A stretch of DNA of 61,042 nucleotides, filler included, from Catajapyx aquilonaris (Eukaryota), in assembly GCA_000934665.2 (NCBI GenBank). It is 2 parts of 2 records of this genome, joined end to end, with 100 filler letters (N's around TTAATTAATTAA, not from the genome) between each part and the next. Parts side by side here need not be neighbours in the genome. Positions count along the whole stretch, not along the records: positions 1 to 30,449 come from JYFJ02004643.1; 1 more part is not named here. One strand, written 5' to 3'. Position 1 is the stretch's first letter. Each line of letters starts with the position of its first letter. Positions 1-11,682 of this stretch are shown piece by piece. The position numbers were made by a program, and so were the translations under genes. Below the pieces are notes generated by a model. The model ran no database searches. It was not told the origin of the DNA and was given only the letters and a program-made list of their open reading frames with translations.

Positions 1-565
1 TGAAGCTATTGGAAAAGGACCGTTTCCTGAGGGAAGGCATGAAAGTTTTTTAACGATCCTTCTTCAATCAAAGAAGAGGTACCGTAGCTGGTGCAAGAGA
101 AGACTTTTTACTTCGCTTATATGGATGATCAAGAAGTAATGCCTTAGATGCTTTGCGCTACTATACAGATAGCCTACCATCATCTAATATACAAACAGCC
201 TGTCGGCAAAACGTTTGACCTCGCATCTCCGCCTCCAACTATAGCGATGCTGCAGCACAACATTCATACAGGGTGTATCTACAAGTTAATTCAGAATTGG
301 TAAGGTAACGGGATGCACCCTTCTGACTGGGGGTGGATGCTAAAGAGAGACAGTTTCACACTCGTGTCTATATGGCAAAAAAAAAAAAACCGCTCCATCG
401 GAATTGTTAACGCTAATATCGTGTACCTGTAAAATCAACTGTGCCAACAGATGTAAATGTAGAAGATCTGGAATGAAGTGCTCTGCTATGTGTAGAGAGT
501 GTCAAGGCCTATTCTGCATGAATGCCGAAGATGTTCAGTCCGATGAAGATGATGATAATGTCTAG
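1..565 (+). pseudogene. Frameshifted C-terminal fragment of an Academ(X)-type DNA transposon protein with a Cys-rich CXC-like zinc finger
   Basis: Broken frames read FDLASPPPT, DAAAQHSYRVYLQV and GMHPSDWGW. From 392 the frame reads APSELLTLISCTCKINCANRCKCRRSGMKCSAMCRECQGLFCMNAEDVQSDEDDDNV* (TAG 563-565). The LPPT..H..R..Q..WGW..AP..LL..C-x-C motif series is typical of invertebrate XPG/CXC transposon proteins. Stops and frameshifts indicate decay. Confidence 0.65.
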
Positions 566-619
566 TACTTGTGTATATTGTAAGTACAGTCTTTTCTTTT
601 CCGCTGAACTACAGTATTA

Positions 620-1385
620 CATTTCTGGCATAATGGCAAGGTTTATCAAAAGAATGCTAAGAATAAAATAATGATATGGGCAATTGTACAGCAAACATTT
701 TTGTTTAAAGGCATATATTATAGTTTCCGTGATAAGTGTGAAAAATGCGATTTCGGCTGCCATTTTCCAAGGTAGCGGCCGTCACACAGCCTTGATTTTC
801 GAGGACTTTTACTATGTTACAAGGATGATCAAATACTACACATACCAAATATCTCGCTTGTAAGGATTTTTTATACCTCATTTTCATAAAATGACTGCAT
901 CACTATTTGCCCAGCATAATGTAGCCATGGGCCACGTTATAATATTATTTTATATTATAATAACCCTTACAAGCAAGATATTTGGTATATGTGTAGTATT
1001 TGATCACCCTTGTAACATACTAAAAGTCCTCGAAAATCAATGCTGTGTGACGGCCACCATTTTGAAAAATGGCGGCCGAAATTCCATTTTTCGACATATA
1101 TTGAACAAAGGAAATTAGATTTCTGGCATAATGACAAGGTTTATCAAAATAATGCTAAGAATGAATTATATGGGCAATTGCATGGCAAACATTTTTTGTT
1201 TAAAAAACCTTTTGATAACATGTGTATTTTCAGAGATAAGTGTGAAAAATGGGATTTCGGCCGCCATCAAGATCAAGAGTATGTTACAAGGGTGATCAAA
1301 TACTACACATATAGCAAATCTCGTGCTTGTAAGGATTTTTTTACCTGATGCCGACATTTTGGTCTAAAATGGCTGCACTGACTGG
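620..1385. mobile_element. Terminal/subterminal repeats of the Academ-like element plus an adjacent short derivative
   Basis: 621-900 recurs directly at ~1119-1384. 737-866 is inverted at ~965-1095. The first copy ends in ...gcatcacta (905), compatible with a TAG...CTA-type terminus. Confidence 0.55.
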
Positions 1386-1761
1386 GAGGCACTTGATTAT
1401 CACAAACAGCTGAGCAATCACCAGTAACAACTGGGCATGTGATTCAACTTAATTCCATTCAATTCTCTGAAAGAGTTACTACTGTGAGCGTCACTGTTGT
1501 ACTGCAGATTTGGACAGTGCATGGGGTACCATCATGACTTTTTCTCTCTTCCACATTTATCAAAACCTACAATCCCAATTTCCCCTATCAGAAAATGAAA
1601 TACCAAACAACTTCAAGCAAGAATTTTCTTCCAGGCAACACCCTACTCGACACTACTATATACACTTGCCCAATGGCAGTCAAGTTGACTGGTGCATGTG
1701 CCACCCATGAGAAATGGCCCGGCAGGTAAAAAAGTTGCATTGGAAACTTTAAATCTGACAT
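1381..1761 (+). repeat. Segmental duplication block A (copy at 12526-12958)
   Basis: Near-identical text actgggaggcacttgattatcacaaacagc...aaatctgacata at both loci. The ORF track shows the same spurious peptide MDSAWGTIMTFSLFHIYQNLQSQF at 1510 and 12680. Confidence 0.9.
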
Positions 1762-3147
1762 ATGGGAAACAATGAGTGGAGTAGCACTTTATACCAATTA
1801 AGTGGCAGCCGTCTCACAAAATGTGGTGATGAGTTACTTGTGTATTCACTGCGAATTGAACTTGAAGAAATGGCTACTTTTCAAGTTAACAAGCAATGAC
1901 AAGGGCATTGTGATACTGATTGCTGTTTTACTCCACGGCTTAATTTCACGATGAAAATGCACGTACTGTTCAGTTAAGTCTTCCCTTCAAAGGCATTTTC
2001 TCGTAGCTAATCTGCTTATTATTTAGCAGTGACATGAGTAGTTATTCTCTCTTAGCAATGCAGGGTATTCCAAATTCGTGGGTCGTTAACAGATGATATT
2101 GCCCGATAGCACTTGTAGTTTATTTTTTTGTAGCTTCTTGTGCCCCTCCCCATTCTATATCAACTTCAACTCCCACAAGGTCAACTATAACAGTTAATAT
2201 AGAATGGGGAACCTGGTTAGGGCCACAACAAGCTACAAAAAAAACTATACAAGTACTATCGGGCAATATCAATTGTTAATAAACGATCCACGAATTTGGA
2301 ACACCCTGAATAATCAGGGCACCACTGTACGTGCCCAACGCTAGTTAAGTTCATCTAGCATGAACATCACATGGATGTCCATCTTACAAAATATAAACCA
2401 TGTTTTAATAACACCTTGTGGCCCCAACAACTCTCCCATATGCCTCATTAGAATATAAATTGTATTACAACATGCTACAATATAATACAACTTATATTAC
2501 TATAATGTTATCTATAGTCTATCTATACTTATCTACATTAATTTTAATGCTAAAATCATAGTTAAGTCCATTTATAGGCTACTTGTAATTCTAACAACCA
2601 CTGTTCTAATCATAACTTATATTCTAATGAGGTACATCGAAGAGATGTTGGGCCCATAAGGTATTAAAACATGATTCATTTTCTACTCATCCATATTAGT
2701 GATATGAACATGCAGATGATTTTCATACTAGGTGAACTTCATTGGCGTTGGGCAAGTACCTACAGTGGCGCCCTGATTATATAGCCACTCGTGACACTGC
2801 TAAAAAAATAAGCACATTAGTTACGAGAAAAGTGCAATTGAAGGGACGACTTTAACTGAAAGACCAATGCGCAGGACGTGCATTTTCATCGCGAAATTAA
2901 GCCTTTGAGTGAAACAACCATAATGTCACAATGCCCTAGTCATTGCTCTAGCAAAGTAACCATTTCCTCACAGGATAAATCAAGTGCCCAAGTATGCTTT
3001 GCACAACACTCGCCACATTTTGTGAGAAGGCTGTCACCTAATACAGTAGGTCAAATGCTACTCAACTCATTGTTTCCATCTGAAAATTTTTTAAACCAAA
3101 AAGTTAGCACTGCCAGGCAATTTTTCAGGGGTGGTGTACACCCGTGC
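1690..3147. mobile_element. Large foldback (palindromic) element with a nested MITE
   Basis: The left arm (1765-2040 plus 2310-2450) is the reverse complement of the right arm (2620-3080), e.g. ttaatttcacgatgaaaatgcacgt / acgtgcattttcatcgcgaaattaa and ataatcagggcaccactgta / tacagtggcgccctgattat. Weaker similarity extends to ~1690/3147. Confidence 0.75.
2061..2308. mobile_element. Palindromic MITE with CAGGGT...ACCCTG termini (Tc1/mariner-like)
   Basis: cagggtattccaaattcgtgggtcgtt ... aacgatccacgaatttggaacaccctg. It interrupts only one arm of the larger foldback. A right-half copy lies at ~6795-6897. Confidence 0.75.
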
Positions 3148-4559
3148 ACAGATTACAGGTGTCTTCCCAAAGCATAGGAATTAGCTTTTGATTGTCAAAT
3201 GTCAAAATAGATTATCCTGTATTTAATAAGGCACATGAGTTTTACGAGCAACCCTGGTAAAACTGAATATGAGAATATTCCATTTAAAGCACCTGCTGAT
3301 AACTAGGATTCCGTTAATTTTAATGCACAAGTTGATCATTTGGAAGTACCACAGAAATTCACATTGAATATCTGAAAACCTCCACGTCATTAATCCTGCC
3401 ACCTTCATCACATGTGCCCTTATTGGACTGGGTCTCAAATATTAATGCCCTCTGTTGCACTGAAATTAAACATAGCACTACCTCAAGTCAAATGTCTCCG
3501 CAGCCTATTAAACAAGCCTCCCGTCAGTGCTGATTGTCCCAGGTGGGCGAGTTTTCATAAGTGATTCCTAATTGATGCAGCCACAAGCAAGACTGCAGGC
3601 CAAAGTTGGGCAATAATGAACCTGACATCTGTCACTACTACGACTCCTGCAAAAAGTAGCCTCCACATTTCGATTTTTCAACTCAAAACCGTGCGTGGAT
3701 GATCCTGGGATGATCCCATTTCCCATCAAGACACGACGAGGCACCAATAAATGAAAGCAGGACTCACCAAATGCGGGGCAGTGTTGGCATCCGAAGTCAC
3801 TCTAAGATCCACAGTTGCGCTCGGGGCCGGCGATGAAATGAGATGACCATGTCTGTTGCCGGAGTGTCTCAGTCTGTCTCAGCGAAATTAGTTGTCCATC
3901 GCAGCAGCCACATCTCCAGAGCAACGCAGATGTTTGAGGCTGCTTCTGCAAATGGCGGAATGTATATGAGATCAAAATGTCAGGCAACAAGTCACTAATA
4001 TACATACATGGAATGGGTTTAAGTTCTCTTTTAGCAGTTAAAAGTACAATTTTGTATCTACTCAAGGTGATATTTCACATCTACAAATTTTCAGGAAAAA
4101 TGCCAATTATTTGCTATTTACAGCACTCGAGCAATGGTAGGCTGCACCTTCATGTAATACTGCTTATCAAGTTGGTCTTCAAATACAACAATTTTGAATT
4201 TGGATTTATTGCAAAATAGTCCCCAGCTTTTTCGAGCTATATATTACAAGCTCATTACATGCAAAAATGAGCCTTGCTCGCTAGAGAAAAATGAATGGCC
4301 ATAATGCCACAGCAAGAGTTGCATTGGCATCATAATATATTTTACCTTTAATATTGTGGTCAAGGCATTTGACCAGACCTACAACTGGTTTATTTATAAC
4401 TTCACAGATCAATCAAATCAGAATTTTAACATTTTACACATCAAAGAATCAGAATTTTAAATTATTATTTCAAATGGTTCAGAAAAGATTGATTTTGCCG
4501 TTTGAGAGGATAATTTTTATTGGACGTTCTTACTTTTAATACTCATAAGGTATATTTAA

Positions 4560-4827
4560 AAGTGAAAACATGGGGTCTATAAAGTTGAGAATTTGCAATA
4601 AATTTCTGCATTTGAAACGGCCACAGAAGGCACTAGGAACCTTCCAGAATTATTATCAATTTTTCTGACAATGGTAGACGATGAATAGGCCAAACTAAAA
4701 AAATTGAACATCGTCTATCATCGGTCGAAAAAATTGAGTATAATTCTGGAAAGTTCCTAGTGCCTTCTGTGGCCGTTTCAAATGCATAAATCGCAAATTT
4801 TCACCTTCAGAGCCCAGGTTTTCACTT
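4560..4827. mobile_element. Palindromic MITE-like element
   Basis: atttgaaacggccacagaaggcactaggaac / gttcctagtgccttctgtggccgtttcaaat inverted arms. A diverged partial copy lies near 33027-33115. Confidence 0.7.
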
Positions 4828-5845
4828 ACTCATAGTTTCACTTCATGCAGTATTAACGACATCCAAAATAATCAGGTCACACGGCAAAATCGATCCTGGA
4901 AGGCTTCAATTTTTACAGTGCCCAATTTGAGTCCAATAATTGGCCTACTGAAACGTACGTTCAATTCTAGTGGAACCTCATGACTACCCCTATCAAGCGG
5001 GTACAATGGGCCAGCTTGGCTGAACAAGTCAGTTGCCAGTTTCAGCTAATTATTGTGACTCGAAAAATTGGGCATATTCTACCATTACTGCAAACCATGC
5101 AATAAAAATTTACACCCATTCCCATAGCCTCCTGGAGCCATTTCAAATGTTAAAAATTCGCAAATTCGCAAATTTCAAACCCTGATTTTCACCAATACAG
5201 CATAAAAAATTGGCTTCATCTATTTTGCTTCATCTACAATCCCCACTGGAAAATCACAGGAAATTGGCAGGAAAAGTGATCATGGAAGAGGTCAGAGGGT
5301 AGTGTTTGTCAGGTACTCACCAGAGTTGCAAATTGCAATGGTGGTCGTCAAGCCCTTCATGTAGACATCGCATCTCGAGGACCATCTTGACAGCCACCGT
5401 CGATGGAGACACGTCAGCAGAACTCGATCCTAAAAGCATTCTATCAGTGGTGTCTCATCTGAAATAATAACACTCAATATGATAGATGCCGCAGTATTTC
5501 ACGAGTGAACCTGCTTGACTGGTTCAATGGCATAGTACATGCGTACTTGCGCAATGTATGCAGTAGTATACCCCCCAGCAATTATGCTTACCATGGTTCA
5601 GGTCCATTATCAGAGAGCCGTTGAACCTTCTCGATGCAAGTCCAGGCAGAGAAAGAAAGATTGGATATGCTACACAGGTCGTCTCCCCACCCCCCATGAC
5701 CCCCCACCCCCCATGACCCCCCACCCCACGACTTATCTACAGCCAAATGCCTTGATTCGAGCTGACTCTATAGTCCGATGTATCCGGAATTACGCTTCAA
5801 GGTCTCCTCGTGTTACAGTGCAATGCATTGTGGTCAATTTTTGTT

Positions 5846-6416
5846 ATCAGAATAAGACAAAATCTATGAACGAAGCTCGTCAGCTTTCGTCACACACAAA
5901 GCATGTGGGTGCGTAGCTTCTTGGCTACATCACTTCTGGCGTATTTGAACAATGTCTAACCTGCTGGTCCAATCGTACTATTGGAATTTTTATTTATTGA
6001 TCAATATTATTGTTGTGATACATTTTAATTTGGAGCTGACATTACTCCAACCTATGAATGGTGCCAACAAATTCGAAACTGAGTTGAACCCATGAAAATA
6101 AGTACCTAAGTGCCAAGGCCAATACTCAATCCATATATACTATACCGTATATCAAAAGCGCCAAATGGGGAAAAATCCGTATAGTGGTGGCCATTTACAG
6201 TAAATAATGGAACTTCCCATTAGCCAGTCATAAAGCCAGTATTAAATATTGCTATATCTCAAAAGTAAGTTTTTGACACATAGGCCCTTTCTAATATTAT
6301 TTCCACCCTTCAGATATCTTGTTAATTTTTGTACATTCATCCTTCCTCTCCATATCCGTGTGTATAGACCACATATCGATAACTTTACCCGTTATAAAAA
6401 ATATTCACATACATTT
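5846..6416 (+). repeat. Segmental duplication block B (copy at ~12965-13545)
   Basis: Near-identical sequence tgaacgaagctcgtcagctttcgtcacacacaaa...ctttacccgttataaaaa at both loci. Confidence 0.9.
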
Positions 6417-7301
6417 ATCACAATGTCACCCCGCAACACCTTGTGTTTGAAGCATATTATCTAGGTAACTATGCGGCGGTAAACCCATGATGCGACAACT
6501 TCTATATCATTTTCCAAAGCGACCGTAAAGTAAATCTTCACCCTCTTCGGATTTCGGATCAATAGTTACTTATCTAGAAGCCGAGGACATGCTACTTTCC
6601 GAGTGGCCCAATTTTTTCACTGCTCGTGACCTTGAACCATGAACCCTAGGTGGCTCCAAGAATTCTCTTCAAACTTCTCTTGCACACACAAATAATACGC
6701 CACGTACGGCAAGTTTCATACCAATTTTTTTAAAAAAGACAGAGAGGGTGTACTTTTGATTTTATTTAAATGATCTAGCTGTCATATGCATTATATAGAA
6801 TGGGGCACCTGGTTAGGGGCACAAGCAACTACAAAAATAACTACTATTGGGCGATATCAGTTATTTAAAAACGACCCACGAATTTGAAACACCCTGTATA
6901 GTAGGCTACTGTACCTTGCATGGGACATAAAAAATGACCAAGCCGATGCCCGTTTACTTAGGCTAAATACTGTATGTTCAAAGGTTTAAAATTGGAAGAC
7001 GCAGACTTTTTAAAGTCTCTACAACAACAATAATGATTGAATACTTTCAATTCCTAACTGTCGAATTTGACTATAACTGACATTTAACATGAAGGTGATG
7101 TGTGCAGCAGGGCAGGGTGTCCCGCTGAAAACTTACGGAAGCCCAGAAGGGTCAACCACAAACACTCTTCTTGGGAGACCTTCTCTCTCACTCAACTAGA
7201 TATTATATCAAATATTGCAACCAGATCACGATGCACGGCAGTGCATCCGCCAAGTCTCAGCCACTTCCACCGCCACCGACCCGCACTATAGCCCCATCTC
7301 T

Positions 7302-7433
7302 CATTTACTCTTACGTCTCACGCTGCCGTGTATATTTACTGGAGCCATTTACTCTTACGTCTCGCGCTGCCGTGTATCTTTACTGGAGCCATTTACTCTT
7401 ACGTCTCGCGCTGCCGTGTATCATTACTGGAGC
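7302..7433 (+). repeat. Tandem minisatellite, 3 x 44 bp
   Basis: Unit catttactcttacgtctc(a/g)cgctgccgtgtat(at/ct/ca)ttactggagc starts at 7302, 7346 and 7390. Confidence 0.95.
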
Positions 7434-8371
7434 CAACTCGTACTCTACACTTCGGCATTTTCTAGTTCGGCACAGGAAAATGCTGCAAGTCCGAAATTTT
7501 AATACGACGATGGGGCACACCAGGGGACCATACAAATAAATTGTCGTGAAATTTGGACCACTAGGTCCACAACAGGAGCGGACCCAAATTAGCCTTTTTT
7601 CTCCCCATTCATATATATAGTACACATGCTGCCCCTCCAAGCCACGTGGCCATGCTGGATGATCGATAAGCCTCTTTAAAAATTAATGAGCCGCACGCGC
7701 AGCAACACAGGGATACACGTGACTGAGGCATCCTTTCAGTGGAGCAGTTGAACCGAGGTAAACTCTAATTAATGGAAATGAAGAGCACAACATTTATGCT
7801 ATAATTATGTAAATGACGGAAGTGACCGGCACCATTAATAATTTCTGCTTGATGTCACGGCGAATACTAAGCTATACTCTACAGAAGTACGCATAACTGG
7901 GAGACGAAATATTCTCTATAGTAGTTATCAAACATGTACCATACATAGGGTGAAGAGATGATTATTATGTACATAACTTAATGGTAGCTTGCTGACATTC
8001 TAACTGGTAACAACTGCCTAGCATCTAGAGCAAATCGCTCTGAATTGCTTGAAGACCAGAAGCAAAATGCCCAAAATGAGATCAAAAGGCATCATTTAAT
8101 GTCATTATTAGTCACCTTTGACATATATGTGCCGACAAGAGTGACGCTAGTTGCTGGGGGGGCCTAATAAGGTGCAATTTTCTACTTTTGCAACGACAGA
8201 AGTTGGCGATTAGCAATTTGGTAGCTTGGTAAGAGACGCATTACTTGCCAGATTGAGGGAGCAATTTTTATGATTCCAGAAAATGTTTAATTCCAACCGT
8301 GGTTTAAAAATGTGCTCAAGTTATAGCATTGGAAGGGGAAAATTGACGGCTTGATTTCATTCGGCGGTGGG

Positions 8372-8378
8372 TATAAAA
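8372..8378 (+). promoter_or_regulatory. Candidate TATA box of the IR gene
   Basis: TATAAAA 43 nt upstream of the ATG at 8415, with an Inr-like gtagtc about 30 nt downstream of it. Confidence 0.5.
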
Positions 8379-8414
8379 AGGTTACGATGAAACCTGGCCA
8401 GGACTGTAGTCACG

Positions 8415-10451
8415 ATGGAGTCATATTCGTTGCCAGTCCTCATACTGCTCTTGTTGATGGTGGTGGCTGTGGATGGGGAGGTGACCCTTGACCTTCGATC
8501 ATCAGAGCACAGGGAGTTGTTTCGGGTGACTGAGTTTGTCCATTTGGTCAGCCGGATGTACCCTTCTTGCCTTTTGGTGCCTGCCACGGACCAAGGAAGA
8601 AGGTTCAACGGGCCTGAACTATCCGGGTTCATCAGGAGGATACACCGGGTGGGGGTGACCCCAGTGTTGCCCGTCACCACCACCACCGTGACCCGGCAGA
8701 AGAGGGGGTCACACCAGGTCAACTCAGGTCAGTTCGAGTACTGGTTCTCTTGGTTGCACAGACCTGGTGCGGTGGAGCACAAGTGCGCGGTGTACCTGCT
8801 CTTGCTCTTCGGGTCACCATCATCATCCGACCACCACCATGACCCGAGGTCACTGGTGGAGCAGGTGGCCAGACTGGTCTCCATCCAGACGGGAAGGGAC
8901 AAGTTCGTGGTGTGGGTCAGCGAGGGGGGACGGAGGGGGCTGGAGGAGGTCATGCTGCACGGGGTCACGGAGAGGTTCCTCTTCCTGGCGGGGGTGGACA
9001 CCTCCTCAGGGGTCCAGGGAGGTCATCCAGGGATGGTCGGGCTGCTCTCCAACTGCCACTTTTGCAAGGGGGGTCATCCCGGGGTGGTCACGAGGGGATG
9101 GTTCGACCCTGAAAAGGAAGAAGTGATTCCATCCGGACTGGATCTCTTCCCGGACTACTCCCGGAATATGCACAATCGATTCCTCAACGGATCATTCATG
9201 GTGGACCTGAGCAAGAACGAGCTGCAGTACTTCCGGGAAAACAACTTGCCCATGTTCCCAGAGATAATGGCCCCCCTTCCTATAAGCGAGGCACTCAATT
9301 TCGACTGGGTCTTGGAATCCCCCGAGGGGGAAGACGGGGTGATACCAGATGTGCCTCTGCCAGACGGAAACTACACCGGAGCAACAGGAGTCATCCTCCG
9401 AAGAAAAGCAGTGTTTGGAATAGCATTGATTAAAGATCGCATTTCCCTGGTGGTCGACGTCAATTTTCCCCATGGATTTGGCATAGTTTCCTTCGTAACC
9501 AGGGCCCCTCGAGTGAGCTACACCTGGAACGCGATGCTCCGACCGTACACTCCGGACATGTGGGCGATGGTGATGGTCTCCATAGTCTTTGGCAGCGCAG
9601 TCCTCGCCCTCCTCTTGAAGTGGAGTCCCCTCCCCCCCTTCCCATCAGGTGACCTCAGGAGGTCATCCCCCCGCCTCCTTCTGTACTCCCTGAGGTACCT
9701 CTCCTCCACCCTGATCGAAGAGAACCCGAACCTGGTCCCCTCCACCCAACCACCCCGAATATTCATCTCCTTCTGGTGGGCCTTCTCCCTGGTCATCATC
9801 TGTGGGTACGAGGCCCTCTACTTCGGCTTCCTGGCCTCTCCCTTGATGGAGGACCTCCCGGAGACATTCAGGGACAGCAAGAACTGGCCCAAGTGGACTT
9901 GGGGTACGATTGGATTCTTTAAACCGTTCTTCTACGGTGCTCTTGCCGGACTGGAATACTTTTCATCTGCTGCCAGGGAAATGACGGATCACGTGGACCT
10001 CAACACGTGTGTCCTCGAGGCCATGAACTCCGACCACTGCTGCATTGTCACTTACGACATCCTGGTGGCCGGTTGCTATCAGTTTGCGGACAAGGCGGGT
10101 AATCTGCCCACAAAATTTGCACAGGAAAGAGACATAACTGTGACCGGAACAATCCTGACCGAGAAGCACAGCTTGATATCCCCGATCATGAGCCGGATGC
10201 TCAAGTACGTCAGAGAGACCGGTGTACACAACAAGTTACAGAGGACCTTCGAGTATGCCTGCCTGACTATGGGAATAAGAGATGCCCGGAAGAATGACCT
10301 ATTGTACCAAAGGTCGATGGCCCTCAACTTTAGCCAGCTGAGCGGTGCTCTTTATTTCCTCTTTGTTTTTTCTTGGGGCATGAGTCTCGTGGGCTTCTTT
10401 GCCGAAGTTTTGACAGGAGGTGTGTTGAGCCAGTGTTGGCGTGGTTTTTAG
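8415..10451 (+). CDS. Divergent ionotropic receptor (variant iGluR chemoreceptor), single exon, 678 aa
   Basis: Signal peptide LPVLILLLLMVVAVDG. S1-like DGNYTGATGVILRRKA. First TM preceded by LRPYTPDMW. M3-like PRIFISFWWAFSLVIICGYEALYFGFLASP (SYTANLAAFL position). S2-like region ending RETGVHNKL. Final TM ALNFSQLSGALYFLF...FFAEV. GC-rich coding bias and no introns. Confidence 0.88.
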   Translation: MESYSLPVLILLLLMVVAVDGEVTLDLRSSEHRELFRVTEFVHLVSRMYPSCLLVPATDQGRRFNGPELSGFIRRIHRVGVTPVLPVTTTTVTRQKRGSHQVNSGQFEYWFSWLHRPGAVEHKCAVYLLLLFGSPSSSDHHHDPRSLVEQVARLVSIQTGRDKFVVWVSEGGRRGLEEVMLHGVTERFLFLAGVDTSSGVQGGHPGMVGLLSNCHFCKGGHPGVVTRGWFDPEKEEVIPSGLDLFPDYSRNMHNRFLNGSFMVDLSKNELQYFRENNLPMFPEIMAPLPISEALNFDWVLESPEGEDGVIPDVPLPDGNYTGATGVILRRKAVFGIALIKDRISLVVDVNFPHGFGIVSFVTRAPRVSYTWNAMLRPYTPDMWAMVMVSIVFGSAVLALLLKWSPLPPFPSGDLRRSSPRLLLYSLRYLSSTLIEENPNLVPSTQPPRIFISFWWAFSLVIICGYEALYFGFLASPLMEDLPETFRDSKNWPKWTWGTIGFFKPFFYGALAGLEYFSSAAREMTDHVDLNTCVLEAMNSDHCCIVTYDILVAGCYQFADKAGNLPTKFAQERDITVTGTILTEKHSLISPIMSRMLKYVRETGVHNKLQRTFEYACLTMGIRDARKNDLLYQRSMALNFSQLSGALYFLFVFSWGMSLVGFFAEVLTGGVLSQCWRGF

Positions 10452-11682
10452 CTCATCAGTCCAATATCAACTCATCCTGTTACATTTATGATTTATCACC
10501 TTGCAATACATTGAATTGTGCACCCTGTATACTTGAGTGAATAGGACAGTGAGGATAAAAAACAGTTTCTGTAGATAAGGGTAGGTGGCGTAATTTAATT
10601 AAAATTGAATGATTATCTCTGTGGTAATCGTCTTTGTTAAGCATATTTCAGTTTTAAAAATTATTATCAAGCATGTGAATAATATTGTTTGAATGGTCCT
10701 CTATTGTGCTCTCTGAGACTCTGGTGTACTCATGAACTGTTTTAAGTATGATTAAATGCATTATGCTATTAGAGAATGGTGAATATCATTTTCTCTAATA
10801 ATTGCATTTAAAAATTTCCACAGAATTCACCCAAGACACATTATGACCCTTCTGGGCTGGCTTCGGTCCCATCTGTACGAGGACATTCGCCCTAATTAAG
10901 TATGCGGTTCACACCTCTCTGCCAAGCGTGCTTCTCAATTATAGAGATTTACATGTGATTATGTAATGCATGATTACACGCTCGCGCCCCAGACTCGAGT
11001 CGATTACCTATAGCTTCACAATAGGACTTATTCCATCCTGGAAGTTGGGCCTCCCGAAGGACAGTACTTCAGTGTGGGTGGCCACGAAGAGCAAGGATGG
11101 AGCCCTCTTTTGGAAAATAGACTCTCTTATGAATGATCGAAATGGCTGTATGTGTGGAGGATGAGAAAGTCATGTCCCATTGCAAAGGTCAGACCTACCA
11201 TTCGCATAAATCAAACAGTTCTGTCATGTAGTGACCTGTTGTCTTTAAAAAATTTCTGCATTAATATTATGTTAGCCTATGTGGAATAGGTGATAATGTG
11301 GCTACGAATAACAGGGGTTTACTGCTAGCGTGTAATAGACTAAACGTCATCCACTTTTGCCCTGAGAAGTGACCTAAGTAGGTGACCTTTAAACAGACGA
11401 TTCGTGCCTTGACATGTTGTGGTCAGCAACGAATCTAATCTCTTCAGACCATATTATACACGCATAGGAATCCGAAACTGTTTAGATTCGGGCAAAACAG
11501 CGTCAGTCTAAGTTGATATCCAGGATACAATCATAGTCCTCTCTGCTTTATTCGGAAATGAAGCTCGATTCGGTTGCTTTCTGGTGTGTCCTGCTTCTGA
11601 CATTGGAAGGAAGGCGAGGACAGAGCCGCACCTTAGAGGAATGGCGGGCTAACCCACAAATTGTCATTTTCGAGTTATCGTA

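Noticed and set aside
1510..1710. Repeated peptide MDSAWGTIMTFSLF (also at 12680)
   Set aside because: It starts at TTG, the copies differ by indels, and it simply reflects the non-coding segmental duplication.
7302..7433. CRISPR-like array
   Set aside because: Contiguous tandem units without spacers, in eukaryotic DNA.
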